From NCBI GenBank assembly GCA_033763315.1, contig JANRKS010000011.1:1-64000 (forward strand): a DNA stretch of 64,000 nucleotides, in the 5' to 3' direction. The notes under the pieces were generated by a model. The model did no database searches and was not told the DNA's origin. It saw nothing but the letters and a program-made list of their open reading frames with translations. Both the position numbers and the translations under genes were made by a program. This DNA is from Deltaproteobacteria bacterium. GTDB taxonomy: Bacteria > Myxococcota_A > Polyangia > Fen-1088. This document shows, one piece after another, positions 49,859-59,925 of the stretch (the stretch's first letter is position 1; each line of letters opens with the position of its first letter).

Positions 49859-51571
49859 ATGCACAACGGCTGGTTTGGAATGAGCTGCACTTTCCGTCTT
49901 GCTTCGACTGTCGTGTGGACGATGTCCCTGGGATGTGGGGATCCTGCGCGAACGCACCCCTATTACGGGGAGCCGGCGGCCATCTTGACGATCGACGCAA
50001 ACGCTGCCACCACGACGCCCCTCGATGGTTACATATCGAGTTACTTCGTCGGACTCGAAGGGAGGCTAGGTGCGCCTGGCTACAAAGGAGCCACAACGGC
50101 CTACGGCGCGGGCGAGGGGCAATTGCTGCAAGGGCGCACTGAGCTTCCTTTCTACACAATTCTGAATTCATATGAGGCATCACCCTTCATCCATTTAGCG
50201 GGCCACTTCAGCCCCCGGAGCGGGCCAAACGTGATGTGGGATGAATCGAAGGTGCGGCGTTTGATCCCGAGACGCCATGTGGTGGCCTTTCGCGATTGGG
50301 ACGAAACGGCACTGCCTTTTGGTCCCAGTGGTGCTTCGCTCATCATTCCGCGCGGCGTGAGCATTTTCGAGCGTATCTGCAAACTCGATCATCAGGAACT
50401 GGTGCGCGTTCCCCTCAACACCCCGATCGAATTGATCGAAGTGGCGGCAGGCCCTGGATCAATCACACCGGAACAGACGGAACAAGAAGCGCTGCGCGCC
50501 TGCAATATCTCACTGCCTCCGGATGAAGTTGGTGAAAAGGTAGCCACTGGTGGCGCGCTCGATATGGCCTGGACATCGGACGGCAAGGCCTTGCTGTTCT
50601 TACCGCATGTGCCCGAAGCAGAACGTTCAGTCTTCGTCTCACCCCCAACGCCACCCATGGTCCGACATTCGCCCGCCATTCATCGCCTCACGATGGACAC
50701 ACGCATCACCCAGGTGTTGGCGGCCGGCGAGTTTCGTGGGCCGCTCCAGGTGTCGCCGCTTGGCCTGGCCTATGTCACCGTGACAACCGGAACCTCGCCG
50801 CGGGGCAACACTTATGAACTGCGACTTCCTGCCGAAGGAGGTGGCTTGCTCCGAGGCCTAGGCATTCCCGGAGGGGCGTGGTTGTCACCGGATGGTTCGC
50901 ACCTTGCCGCTCTCAGCACGGAGATCGGGGCCTACCGGCCGGCGGTGCGGCTCTTTAACGCCGCTACAGGTCAAAGCGTTGCCTCCGCGGAGGGCATGCC
51001 CGTACAATGGCTGGCAGACGGGCAGGGCTTTCTGTTGGTGTCATACGATGCCCGAGCGCTCACGAAATGGTCCGCCTTGCGTTTGGACGTAACTGGCGCG
51101 CTGTCTACCGTTGGCGAGGGAATTACCAGGGGCCCCGACGGCCTTCCGCCCCCGGCTCCTTATCGAGGTGGGAATGATGCCCGTTTGCTAGGCGCGCTTT
51201 TTTCACCAGCCGCCACAGTCATCATGCGAACGGCCATCGACCTTGCCTTATGGAGCTCGCCTATTCAAGATCCCGGCTTGCACCAATTGGTCATGGGCGC
51301 ATCTGCCGGGCGACTGCAACCGGACCTTGCGCGTGCCACAAACGCTGGACTCTTCATCTGGGCACGTAAGTGCCTTGGTCTCAACGAGACACAATGCTTC
51401 CACGAACTTCATCAGGTCACCGCGCAAGGAGTAGACACCGTCATCGCGCGAGCCCAGCATCCCGGTCCTGTGGCGCTGCATCCACAAGGCAATTCATTGG
51501 CCATTTCAACCCGTGACGACATCTTCCTGTTGCCGTTGAACGAACCCAAGCTCGCGGCGCGGAGACAATAA
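49859..51571 (+). CDS. hypothetical lipoprotein with beta-propeller-like C-terminal part
   Basis: AAGGAG RBS; SLGC lipobox; WTSDGK, LSPDGS, WLADGQ, LHPQGN blade motifs. Confidence 0.7.
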   Translation: MHNGWFGMSCTFRLASTVVWTMSLGCGDPARTHPYYGEPAAILTIDANAATTTPLDGYISSYFVGLEGRLGAPGYKGATTAYGAGEGQLLQGRTELPFYTILNSYEASPFIHLAGHFSPRSGPNVMWDESKVRRLIPRRHVVAFRDWDETALPFGPSGASLIIPRGVSIFERICKLDHQELVRVPLNTPIELIEVAAGPGSITPEQTEQEALRACNISLPPDEVGEKVATGGALDMAWTSDGKALLFLPHVPEAERSVFVSPPTPPMVRHSPAIHRLTMDTRITQVLAAGEFRGPLQVSPLGLAYVTVTTGTSPRGNTYELRLPAEGGGLLRGLGIPGGAWLSPDGSHLAALSTEIGAYRPAVRLFNAATGQSVASAEGMPVQWLADGQGFLLVSYDARALTKWSALRLDVTGALSTVGEGITRGPDGLPPPAPYRGGNDARLLGALFSPAATVIMRTAIDLALWSSPIQDPGLHQLVMGASAGRLQPDLARATNAGLFIWARKCLGLNETQCFHELHQVTAQGVDTVIARAQHPGPVALHPQGNSLAISTRDDIFLLPLNEPKLAARRQ

Positions 51572-51656
51572 GAACGTCATTACCGGCAGCTTCGCGCAAA
51601 GCTTGGCCAGGGACTGGCAACAATGCGCCTGGCAACGACATGAACGCGTTTATTGG

Positions 51657-52850
51657 TCATCTGGGCGTTGGATCGAGAGCTTGTTGTATGTCGGCAATGA
51701 TCTCTTCGGTGTCCTCGATGCCCACCGCGTACCGAACAATGGTTTCGTGAAGGCCGAGCGCCGCCCGCTGCTCGGGGGCCATGTCGAAGTAGCTCATGAG
51801 CGCCGGTTGTTCGATGAGCGATTCGACGCCACCCAGGCTGGGAGCGATGCGCGGGATCAAACAGCGATCAACAAAACGACTTGTTCCTGCCGGATCACCA
51901 TCGAGCTCGAAGGTGACCACGCCACCGAATCCGTCCATCAAACGGCGCGCCAACGCGTGGTCACGATGTGATGGATGGCCTGGGTACCACACGTTCTTGA
52001 TTCGCGGGTGTTCCGCCAGTGTTGCCGCCAGCCGCGCAGCCGTTCGGTTCTGCTGCGCGACCCGCAGAGCCAGTGTCTTCATGCCTCGCAAAACAAGATA
52101 CGCCGCGTGCGGATCAAGCACGCCACCGAAGTCGTTGCGAACGTCGCGAATCAGCGAAATCGCGGACTCGCTGCCAGCCACGGCTCCGCACAGCACGTCG
52201 TTGTGACCCGATAGGTACTTCGTGGCCGAGTGAAGGACAAGATCGATGCCATGCTCCATAGGCCGAAGGTTCACGGGTGTCGCGAAGGTGCTGTCGATGA
52301 GCGTCGTGATTCCGCGTGCCCGCGCCACCGCACTGAGCGCGTCCAGGTCGAGGATCCACTGGAAGGGATTGGTTGGAACCTCCGCAATGATAAGACGGGT
52401 CTTTGGGGTGATCGCGCGCTCCACGGCGTCGATGTCGCCCGCCGGCACCACGGTGTGCTCGACGCCAAAGCGGGCGAGGAACTTGCTAACGAAGCCGCGC
52501 GTGCGCCGGTAGCAGTCGCTGAAGATGATGACGTGGGCTCCAGCGCGGGTGTACGTCATGCAAGTGGTCACAATGGCTGCCATGCCGCTTGCAAAGGCGA
52601 TGGTATCCTCGGCGCCCTCTAGTTCGGCAATTTTCTTCTCAACGACGCGCACTGTGGGGTTGCCATACCGACCGTAGTCGATGCGGTTCACTGAACCCTC
52701 CATAAAGTTCACGACCTCAGCGGTGTCTTCAAAGACGTAAGTGGCGGTTTGAAAAATCGGTGTCGCGAGTGCACTCGCAGGTCGGGTCCGGCTCTCGCCG
52801 GCGTGCACCACTTGCGTGGCCAGCGTGCGCTTTGGGGTAGGGTCGCTCAT
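51657..52850 (-). CDS. Cys/Met metabolism PLP enzyme (cystathionine gamma-synthase family)
   Basis: YGRYGNPT, FASGMAA, EVPTNP, DSTFATP, HSATKYLSGHND, SLGGVESL. Confidence 0.93.
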   Translation of the reverse strand: MSDPTPKRTLATQVVHAGESRTRPASALATPIFQTATYVFEDTAEVVNFMEGSVNRIDYGRYGNPTVRVVEKKIAELEGAEDTIAFASGMAAIVTTCMTYTRAGAHVIIFSDCYRRTRGFVSKFLARFGVEHTVVPAGDIDAVERAITPKTRLIIAEVPTNPFQWILDLDALSAVARARGITTLIDSTFATPVNLRPMEHGIDLVLHSATKYLSGHNDVLCGAVAGSESAISLIRDVRNDFGGVLDPHAAYLVLRGMKTLALRVAQQNRTAARLAATLAEHPRIKNVWYPGHPSHRDHALARRLMDGFGGVVTFELDGDPAGTSRFVDRCLIPRIAPSLGGVESLIEQPALMSYFDMAPEQRAALGLHETIVRYAVGIEDTEEIIADIQQALDPTPR

Positions 52851-52989
52851 TGCAGCGAAAATATCAGATTTCGCGGTCGCCAAGCGCAGACATTCCGGAA
52901 CCTTCACATGAATGAAGCCGCGCCGCCGCCCCCGACACCCCCTAAGGAAGCCCGTGGACTACGGTCATAGATGAAATCCTCTCTTTTTC

Positions 52990-53137
52990 GCCCGGGCTTG
53001 GCCTGCAGTTTGATGCTCTCGAGCACCGGCAGCGGCTTGCCTTCGATGCCGCACGACTTGGACACATTGACAATGTCCAGGGTGCCGACCTGCACCGTTT
53101 GGGCCGAGGCGGGCGTGAGGTCAGTTGTCATGGTCAT
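52990..53137 (-). pseudogene. N-terminal remnant of an SsuB/TauB-like ABC ATPase
   Basis: MTMTTDL...LDIVNVSKSCGIEGKPLPVLESIKLQAKPG then similarity stops just before Walker A. Confidence 0.6.
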
Positions 53138-53144
53138 TCTGTCG

Positions 53145-55034
53145 TTAAGCTGCCCCTTCAAGCGACGGCACCGTGGCGCCGGTTTGGCCTTCTTCGTAGG
53201 CGCGGAAGAGTTGCGCGTAAAGGCCCTGGTTCTTGACGAGGGTGTCGTGCGGGCCAACCTCAACCAGCTCCCCTTGTTGGATGACGGCAATCTTATCCGC
53301 GTCGCGGATGGTGCTTAACCGATGGGCAATGACGATGGCGGTGCGACCCTCACACAGGCGTTTAAGCGCGTGCTATATGCGGCGTTCTGTTTGCAGATCC
53401 ACGGCCGACGTCGCTTCGTCGAGCACCAATACGGCCGGTGCAGAAAGATAGGCACGGACCAAGCACACCAATTGTCGTTGGCCGTGGCTTAGGTTGTTGC
53501 CAAGCGGCCCGACCTCCGTTTGCCACGCCAGCGGCAGGCGTTCGAGGATGTCGTCCACGCCCAACGCCCGGGCCGCGCCAATCAGCTGCTCATCGGTGAC
53601 CTCGGGTGCGGCAAGCCTCAGATTCTCAAGGATGGTGCCGCTGAAAAGCACATTGTCCTGCAACACAACGCCTACATGCTGCCGCAACGACCGCTGTGTG
53701 AGATCGCGGATGTCATGTCCGTCGATGCGAATGCGTCCTTCCTGTGGTTCGTAAAAGCGCGTGAGCAATTGCACCAGCGTGCTTTTGCCGTGGCCCGTAG
53801 GGCCCACGATGGCCACGCGCTCGCCGGCCGCCACATTCAGCGAAAGGTTGCGAATCACTTGATGGCGTTTGCGTGGGTCGTAGGAGAACTGCACATTCTC
53901 GAATTCAACGTGACCGGTCACGTGGGCGAGCGCCGTCGCCGTGGGCGAATCGACGATTTCAGGTTCGGTATCCAACAACAGGAACACGCGCTGCGCAGCG
54001 GCGGTGCCAACGGCGTACTTTTCAAACAAATCGCCGAGCTCCTGCAGCGGCCCCAAAAACAGCTGCACGTAGAACAAGCAGGCGGCGATTTGACCAAGCG
54101 AGATCTCGCCCTTGACCACGCCTTGGGCACCCAGAATCAACACGGCAACCATGCCTATGGTCGAGAGCAACGCGGTGAACGGCAAGAACCAGCTGGCTTT
54201 CACGTTGCCTCGCACCAGCGTGCGCGTGAAGTCGTCAACCAGGAAGTTGTAACGCTGCAAGCTGGCGGCCTCACCGCCGTTTTGTTGCAGCACACGCACG
54301 CCGCTGACGGCTTCCACCAAATGTGCGGTAAAGCGGCTGCGGCACTCGGCCACCTTGGACCAGTTGCTATGCGAAATGCGGTTGAAAACATAAAGCGCTG
54401 GAACGAGCAGGGGGATGACCAGCGTGAGCGCAAAGAACAAACGCGGCGAGACGCCGTATAGAAGCACGCCCGACAGCACGCAGCGAAGGGTGGTTGAAAG
54501 CAGCTCTGGGGGCGCTTGGATAAGCAACGGCTCCAGTGAATCCACGTCCCGGTCCGCGCGCGAAACGATGCGGCCCGACTTGGTGCGGTCGAAATAGCGC
54601 ACACTTAACTTTTGCACGTGCGTGAAGACTTGCCGGCGAATTTCATTGACCACACGAATGGCGGCACGGCCCGAGATCCATTGCGACAAACCGGCAAGAC
54701 CGAAGCGCACCACCCACAACAGCGCCAGACCTGCCAGCATCCAGCCGAGGCGCGTGACGTTCAACGCCGCACCCTTCGCCGCGGGGGCCAGAGAATCATC
54801 GATGATCTTGCTGATGAACCAAGGCCGCAGAAACACCGAGATGGCCAACACCAGCTCAACGCCGGCGGCGGCCAAGATGGCGTTCTTCACCGGACGAATG
54901 AGGCCGGGCAACCGGCGTAGCACGTTCCGGCGGAGATCTTTTTGGGCAAGCTCCTGCTCAATGGCAAGCTCGCCGTGTTTGGCTTGCTCCTGCGCGTTGG
55001 CTTCGCGTCGTTCGCGGTCGTTAGCTGGGGGCAT
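53145..55034 (-). pseudogene. fused TMD-NBD ABC transporter subunit interrupted by in-frame TAG at 53373-53375
   Basis: GPTGHGKST, LSHGQRQ, LDEATS; after the TAG the frame continues [28 protein letters not shown]...GLYAQL to TAA 53145. Confidence 0.85.
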
Positions 55035-56802
55035 GTGAAATTCCAAGCAAGTCGCGGTAGGCGGGGCATGAATGCACAAGCGCGTGGGCCGGCCCTTCAC
55101 TGGCGACGGTGCCATGGGCAAGCACCACCACGCGGTCCGCGAAGGCCACGGTGGCCGGCTTGCTGGTCACGATCAGCATCGTGATCCCCGAGCCTTTGCC
55201 AAACGCGCTCCGAATGTTGTTGAGAATGCGGCCCTCGGTCAGTGCATCCAGCGCGCTCGTGGAATCGTCCAGAACAAGCACCGAAGGGTTGGCCAACAAG
55301 GCCCGGGCCAAAGCGATGCGCTGGCGTTGGCCGCCCGAAAGCGTCACGCCGCGATCGCCAAGCGTGGTGGCCAGGCCGTCGGGGAGTTGCGCCACGATCT
55401 CATCTGCGGCCGCCAGGCGAAGCGCAACCGCAATGTCATCGTCTGTGGCCGCGGGGTTGCCCTGCAGAAGGTTGGCGCGAAGGGAGTCGGAGAACAAGAA
55501 GCAGTCCTGTGACACCACCTGCACGCGTTGGCGCAGGTCCGAAAGATCCAGCGTTTTGACGTTGTGCCAGCCATGCGTCCGGTTGCCCACAAGCACCTGG
55601 CCGCGGTCGGCGTCCACCAAACGTGGCAGCAGTGCCGCAAGCGTTGATTTTCCCGCGCCTGTGGCCCCGAGCGCCGCCACAACCTCCCCGGGCTCCACCG
55701 CCAACGAACAATTGGAGATGATCTCTTTGCCGTTGGCTGCCAACACGGAGACGTCTTTGACTTGAAACCCGAGGGCGCCCGTGGGCAACTTCCCGTTCGA
55801 TGAAACGATCTTCGATTCTGCGTCAAGCAACTCCATGATGCGCGCCGCTGATGAGCGCGCGTCCGCAAATATCTGAATGATGCGGCCGATGCCCTCGAAG
55901 CGGAAGATGACGGTGTTCATGGCCAGCGTGGCGGCGACCAATTCGCCCAAATTCAGCTTGCCCTGCGATACCAGTACGGCCCCGGCCCCCACAACCCACA
56001 CTTGCCCCAGCGCCACCACAATCTGTGGCACGGGAACGTGAGAGGCCGCGTACTTCAACGCCGCCGTGGCGTGGGTGATAAATTGTGCGACGCTGCCGTT
56101 AAAGCGGGCGATGCGGTTCGCTTCCAAACCAAACGCTTTGATGACGCGAATGCCATTGACGCCTTCCACAAGATCTTGCCCCACGGCGTCGTACGCGTCG
56201 CCCACCCGACGGTCCAACGCCACAAGCGCGTTCGCCTGCCGCACGAACACCACGATGCCCACCACGACCAGCGCCGCGGGTGCCACCGCAAGCCAAGGGT
56301 TGTACCACCACAGAAAGCCCACCGAGGCGGCGATGACCAAACCCGTTTCAACCACGTTGCGCCAAAAGTTGATCAGCGCGTCGCGAACCTTGTCGGCGTC
56401 GCGGGTGGTGCGCGACACCATCTCGCCCACGCCGTGTTGCAGGTGATAGCCAAGGTCCAACAGCAACACGTGGCGGAGGATGGAGGCGCGCAAAATGCCG
56501 AGCAGCTCTTGCCCTGTGATCAGCGCGACGATGCCAGCCACGTACTGGATGATGCCGCGGGCGGCGGCGACGCCAATCAGAATCACGGCCCATCGAAGGG
56601 CGACGCTATAGTCAAGGGCGCCACTCGCCGTGCGCACCACGGCGGCGCCACGCTCCACGTCGTGGATAGCGCGCCCCAAGAGATATTGGTAGCCGGTGAG
56701 GCCCAGGTTGAGCAGCAGAAGCAAGCCAAAGGCGGCCATAAACTTGCCCGGGATCTGCCGGTAAATCGCCAAACAACGCAGCAGGGGATAGCGTGTCTTC
56801 AT
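55021..56802 (-). CDS. fused TMD-NBD ABC transporter subunit with degenerate catalytic motifs
   Basis: GATGAGKST, LSGGQRQR, Walker B LDDSTS (E to D), H-loop TSK (no His). Confidence 0.92.
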   Translation of the reverse strand: MKTRYPLLRCLAIYRQIPGKFMAAFGLLLLLNLGLTGYQYLLGRAIHDVERGAAVVRTASGALDYSVALRWAVILIGVAAARGIIQYVAGIVALITGQELLGILRASILRHVLLLDLGYHLQHGVGEMVSRTTRDADKVRDALINFWRNVVETGLVIAASVGFLWWYNPWLAVAPAALVVVGIVVFVRQANALVALDRRVGDAYDAVGQDLVEGVNGIRVIKAFGLEANRIARFNGSVAQFITHATAALKYAASHVPVPQIVVALGQVWVVGAGAVLVSQGKLNLGELVAATLAMNTVIFRFEGIGRIIQIFADARSSAARIMELLDAESKIVSSNGKLPTGALGFQVKDVSVLAANGKEIISNCSLAVEPGEVVAALGATGAGKSTLAALLPRLVDADRGQVLVGNRTHGWHNVKTLDLSDLRQRVQVVSQDCFLFSDSLRANLLQGNPAATDDDIAVALRLAAADEIVAQLPDGLATTLGDRGVTLSGGQRQRIALARALLANPSVLVLDDSTSALDALTEGRILNNIRSAFGKGSGITMLIVTSKPATVAFADRVVVLAHGTVASEGPAHALVHSCPAYRDLLGISHAPS

Positions 56803-56875
56803 ACGGAAACCTCGCCAACATCGCGCCACGGCGTAAGACATGTGCCGACGCCGGTGATGCCGTGATTCAAGGGCG

Positions 56876-57283
56876 TCACTCTTGTTCGGTCAAGACCGAT
56901 AGCTTGGTGATTCCAGCCCGATCGACGGACGACATCACTTTGGCAACCAGGCCATAGTTGACGCCCTCATCAGCATTCAAATTGATGAGAATGTCGGGTT
57001 GGTCTTGCCTACGCCGCTTGAGCTCGATCTCAAGGTTAGCCAACGCGAACTCCTGTTTGTCCACGTAGATCTTGCCGGCCTTATCGACGCTGATGTATGT
57101 CGACTTTTTGGGTTCAGTCGGGGCGGTGACGGCGGTTTGCGGCAAGGCGACTTTCACTGCCATCGTCATCATTGGCGCCGTGATGATGAACACCACCAGC
57201 AGCACCAACATCACGTCTACAAGAGGCGTGACGTTGATCTCGCTGACCACGTCGTCGGCGTCGCCGCTGATTTGCATGGCCAT
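56876..57283 (-). CDS. exbD: biopolymer transport protein ExbD
   Basis: EINVTPLVDVMLVLLVVFIITAP. Confidence 0.95.
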   Translation of the reverse strand: MAMQISGDADDVVSEINVTPLVDVMLVLLVVFIITAPMMTMAVKVALPQTAVTAPTEPKKSTYISVDKAGKIYVDKQEFALANLEIELKRRRQDQPDILINLNADEGVNYGLVAKVMSSVDRAGITKLSVLTEQE

Positions 57284-57972
57284 TAGACGCGTGCCTCACG
57301 CGTGAAGGGCACTTCGCGCTCAACGCTGCGCAAGCTCCGCTTGTGGTCCTTGAGACCCAGGTTGAAAAGCGTTGTTGCCAAGCTTTCCCAAACCGCGGAT
57401 TGGCTCTTGGTTCGACGGACAAAGAAGTTATAAGCCAACAGCGCAGGCACAGCGACCGCGATGCCGATGCCGGTGGCTATCAACGCTTCGCCGATGGGCC
57501 CGGCCACGACCTCAATGCTGGCAGAGCCCGCACCGCCGATGGTCTTAAGCGCGTCGATGATGCCGAATACGGTGCCGAACAAACCAACGAACGGCGCTGT
57601 GGTGCCAATGCTCGCAAGCACAGCCAAGCCGCCTTCAAGCCCACGTCGCTCGGTTTGCAGTTGCTGGCGCACGGCGTTCTCGATGAACAGATGCTTGTCC
57701 TCGGAACGGGGGCCGTCGCTGGCCTCGCTTTCCGACAGCGCAGACAAGCTGGCTTTGGCCACGCGTGCGGCAGGCCCCGAGAAGGCCGCCAAGTCGCTGG
57801 TGGCAGGGAGCTTGGCTGGCTTGCCGAGGGCTCGAAAGAACTTACGGTTTGCGGTCGCCAGTCTAACGTATTGAACAACCTTCAGAAGCACCACGGTCCA
57901 CGTGATGACGGAGAAGGCGACAAGAAGAACCAATGTGCCTCGAACGAGGGCGTTTGTGAGTGAGTGCGACAT
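57283..57972 (-). CDS. exbB: ExbB/TolQ/MotA proton channel
   Basis: LASIGTTAPFVGLFGTV, EALIATGIGIAVAVPA. Confidence 0.95.
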   Translation of the reverse strand: MSHSLTNALVRGTLVLLVAFSVITWTVVLLKVVQYVRLATANRKFFRALGKPAKLPATSDLAAFSGPAARVAKASLSALSESEASDGPRSEDKHLFIENAVRQQLQTERRGLEGGLAVLASIGTTAPFVGLFGTVFGIIDALKTIGGAGSASIEVVAGPIGEALIATGIGIAVAVPALLAYNFFVRRTKSQSAVWESLATTLFNLGLKDHKRSLRSVEREVPFTREARV

Positions 57973-57999
57973 GACGGGGCTGCTCTTTCCAGATCTCTG

Positions 58000-58833
58000 T
58001 TAACGAATTTGAAAAACGATGGGCACCACGACCCAGCCAGCGACGGCCGTGTCGCCCTGTTTTGCGGGAACAAACGACCAACCGCGAACCGCGTTGATGG
58101 CGGCGTTGTCCAGCATGTCGCGCCCGCTGGTTTGCGCGATGACGATGTTCAAAGGGCGGCCCTGGGGGCCCACATAAACTTTGAGTTGGACGCGGCCTTC
58201 CCAACCGCGTGACAATGCCAACGGCGGATACGCGGGGCGTGGGTTCTTAAGATAGTTTGCGCCTTCATGTGCGGCCTTAATAGGCGCCGGCGCGGGTGGT
58301 GCCGGTGGCGTAGGCGCGGTGCCGGCTCCGGTACCCAGCCCCAAAGGCGCCGCTTCCGTGGCGACGGTCGTTCCATCGGGACCGGCAGGGGCGGCGGCTT
58401 CCGGTTCAGCTTCAGGCACCGGCGCCTCGGGTGGAGGTGGCGGCGTCTCTTTCGCTGCCGGTGGAGGTTCTTTCGCCTTCGGTTTTGGTTTCGGGGGTTC
58501 GGGTTTGAGCTCCTGCGGCGGCACAACCGGTGGCTTGTACGGCCGCGTGAACTGAATTTCGACTTTGGATGGTGGGTGTACGACCGCTTCTTGGCCGCGT
58601 GGAATCGCACGGGCGATCCCCACGTGCAGACCCAAAATGCCTACCGCGACGGCCGCCGCCTCCCACCAGCGCACCGTGCGTGCGTGGTGAAAGTGGTCAA
58701 CCGTAGGTTCGGCTCGTGCGGGCAACGCAGGCTCGGGAGCAAGAACAATCGCTAGCGCACCCGCATCCAGAAAAACGCCATCAGCTGCTGTGGCGTGGCG
58801 TGCTTCGATCTTGTTCGCTCTTGCAGTGGACAT
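58000..58833 (-). CDS. tonB: energy transducer TonB
   Basis: TM with His, Pro/Lys-rich spacer, PAYPPLA..GWEGRV, SGRDMLDNAA, VPIVF; AAGGA RBS before ATG 58833. Confidence 0.92.
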   Translation of the reverse strand: MSTARANKIEARHATAADGVFLDAGALAIVLAPEPALPARAEPTVDHFHHARTVRWWEAAAVAVGILGLHVGIARAIPRGQEAVVHPPSKVEIQFTRPYKPPVVPPQELKPEPPKPKPKAKEPPPAAKETPPPPPEAPVPEAEPEAAAPAGPDGTTVATEAAPLGLGTGAGTAPTPPAPPAPAPIKAAHEGANYLKNPRPAYPPLALSRGWEGRVQLKVYVGPQGRPLNIVIAQTSGRDMLDNAAINAVRGWSFVPAKQGDTAVAGWVVVPIVFQIR

Positions 58834-58862
58834 GTCGAGTTCCTTTTTGCGCTTGCCCCTTG

Positions 58863-58878
58863 TGCAGGGACCGTGCCA
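58863..58878 (-). promoter_or_regulatory. sigma-54 promoter of the tonB-exbB-exbD-ABC operon
   Basis: TGGCAC-GGTCC-CTGCA on the minus strand, 30 bp before the start codon. Confidence 0.75.
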
Positions 58879-59140
58879 CGCGACGCTCAAGGGTTTGCCG
58901 TCCTTCAAGTCGTTCGGACGAAGGCCGCAGCGCTGCGTGGCAGACATTCTTGTTGATGGGGTGCTGCACGAGCAGCAACGCGTATGCACATTCGCGGCCC
59001 TGTTCGGCGTGGATCCGCCCAAAGCCGGGACCGCTGTCACGGGGCCGTGTCCTTGCGTTGAGGCCCACAATCACAAGCTCCCGATCCCTCCGGGTGCATA
59101 AAGATGACATGGGTCCGCATCTTTGTGCTAAACCATTCAT

Positions 59141-59386
59141 ATGCGGACCACAGTAGACCTTCCGGAGGCTTTGTTGCGGCAGGCAAAGCAGCATGCCGCG
59201 AAGGCGGGCGTCACGTTGGCCGCGCTTATAGAAGATGCCTTGATGGAAAAGCTCCATCGACGTTCAGTCAGCAAAACGGACGCGGCGTTTGTGTTCCCCG
59301 TGTACCGCGGACCCGCAGGCGCCAAAACCGGCGTCGATTTGCGCAGCAACCGTGAGGTACTGGATCTGCTGGACGCGGACGAATGA
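59141..59386 (+). CDS. vapB: VapB-like antitoxin (ribbon-helix-helix)
   Basis: MRTTVDLPEALL...GVTLAALIEDAL; ATGA overlap with the PIN gene. Confidence 0.85.
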   Translation: MRTTVDLPEALLRQAKQHAAKAGVTLAALIEDALMEKLHRRSVSKTDAAFVFPVYRGPAGAKTGVDLRSNREVLDLLDADE

Positions 59387-59805
59387 TTGGCCTCGACATC
59401 AACGTCTTAGTGGCAGCCCATCGCCCGGAACACGTCGATCACAGCCGCGCCAAAGCGTGGCTTGAAAGAACTTTGGGCTCCGGCCAAACCGTCGTGGTGT
59501 TTGATTTGGTGGCAAGTGGATTTCTGCGGGTTGTGACAAGCGCGCGGGTTTTCAACTCGCCAACCAGCCTCGCCGAGGCGCTCTCTGCTCTGGCGCAGTT
59601 GCGTGCCCAGCCGGCCGTGTTGTCGCTATCGGCGGGGCCGCGGCATCCGGAAATCTTCGAGGCTTGCTGTGTGGAGGCTGACGCGCGTGGAAACTTGGTC
59701 ACCGATGCACATTTGGCATCGCTCGCGATCGAGCACAACTGCGCGTGGGCCAGCTTCGACCGCGACTTTGCGCGCTTCAAATCCCTGCGTTGGATCCTCC
59801 CGTAG
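59383..59805 (+). CDS. vapC: VapC PIN-domain toxin
   Basis: LDINVLVAA, GNLVTDAHLASLAIEH, SFDRDFARF. Confidence 0.92.
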   Translation: MIGLDINVLVAAHRPEHVDHSRAKAWLERTLGSGQTVVVFDLVASGFLRVVTSARVFNSPTSLAEALSALAQLRAQPAVLSLSAGPRHPEIFEACCVEADARGNLVTDAHLASLAIEHNCAWASFDRDFARFKSLRWILP

Positions 59806-59925
59806 GGCGCTGACGAAACGCGCCGAGGTCATCTTGCACAGACCGTTCGGACTCTGAATCCTAACGCCAATAAGCGATCGCGCCACGTTGTGTTTCACGC
59901 AGCCTTCATGCAAAGATTCTAGGCA

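Noticed and set aside
52904-53290. 128-aa ORF as a real gene
   Set aside because: Chimera of an off-frame read of the ABC tail, the truncated ATPase start and intergenic DNA
53373-53375. Genome-wide amber recoding or pyrrolysine
   Set aside because: TAG ends many clearly complete genes here (927, 2696, 9450, 16180); only one internal case was seen and no pyl genes
58834-59070. N-terminal extension of TonB in the ORF track
   Set aside because: Contains the sigma-54 promoter and RBS; start at 58833 fits better
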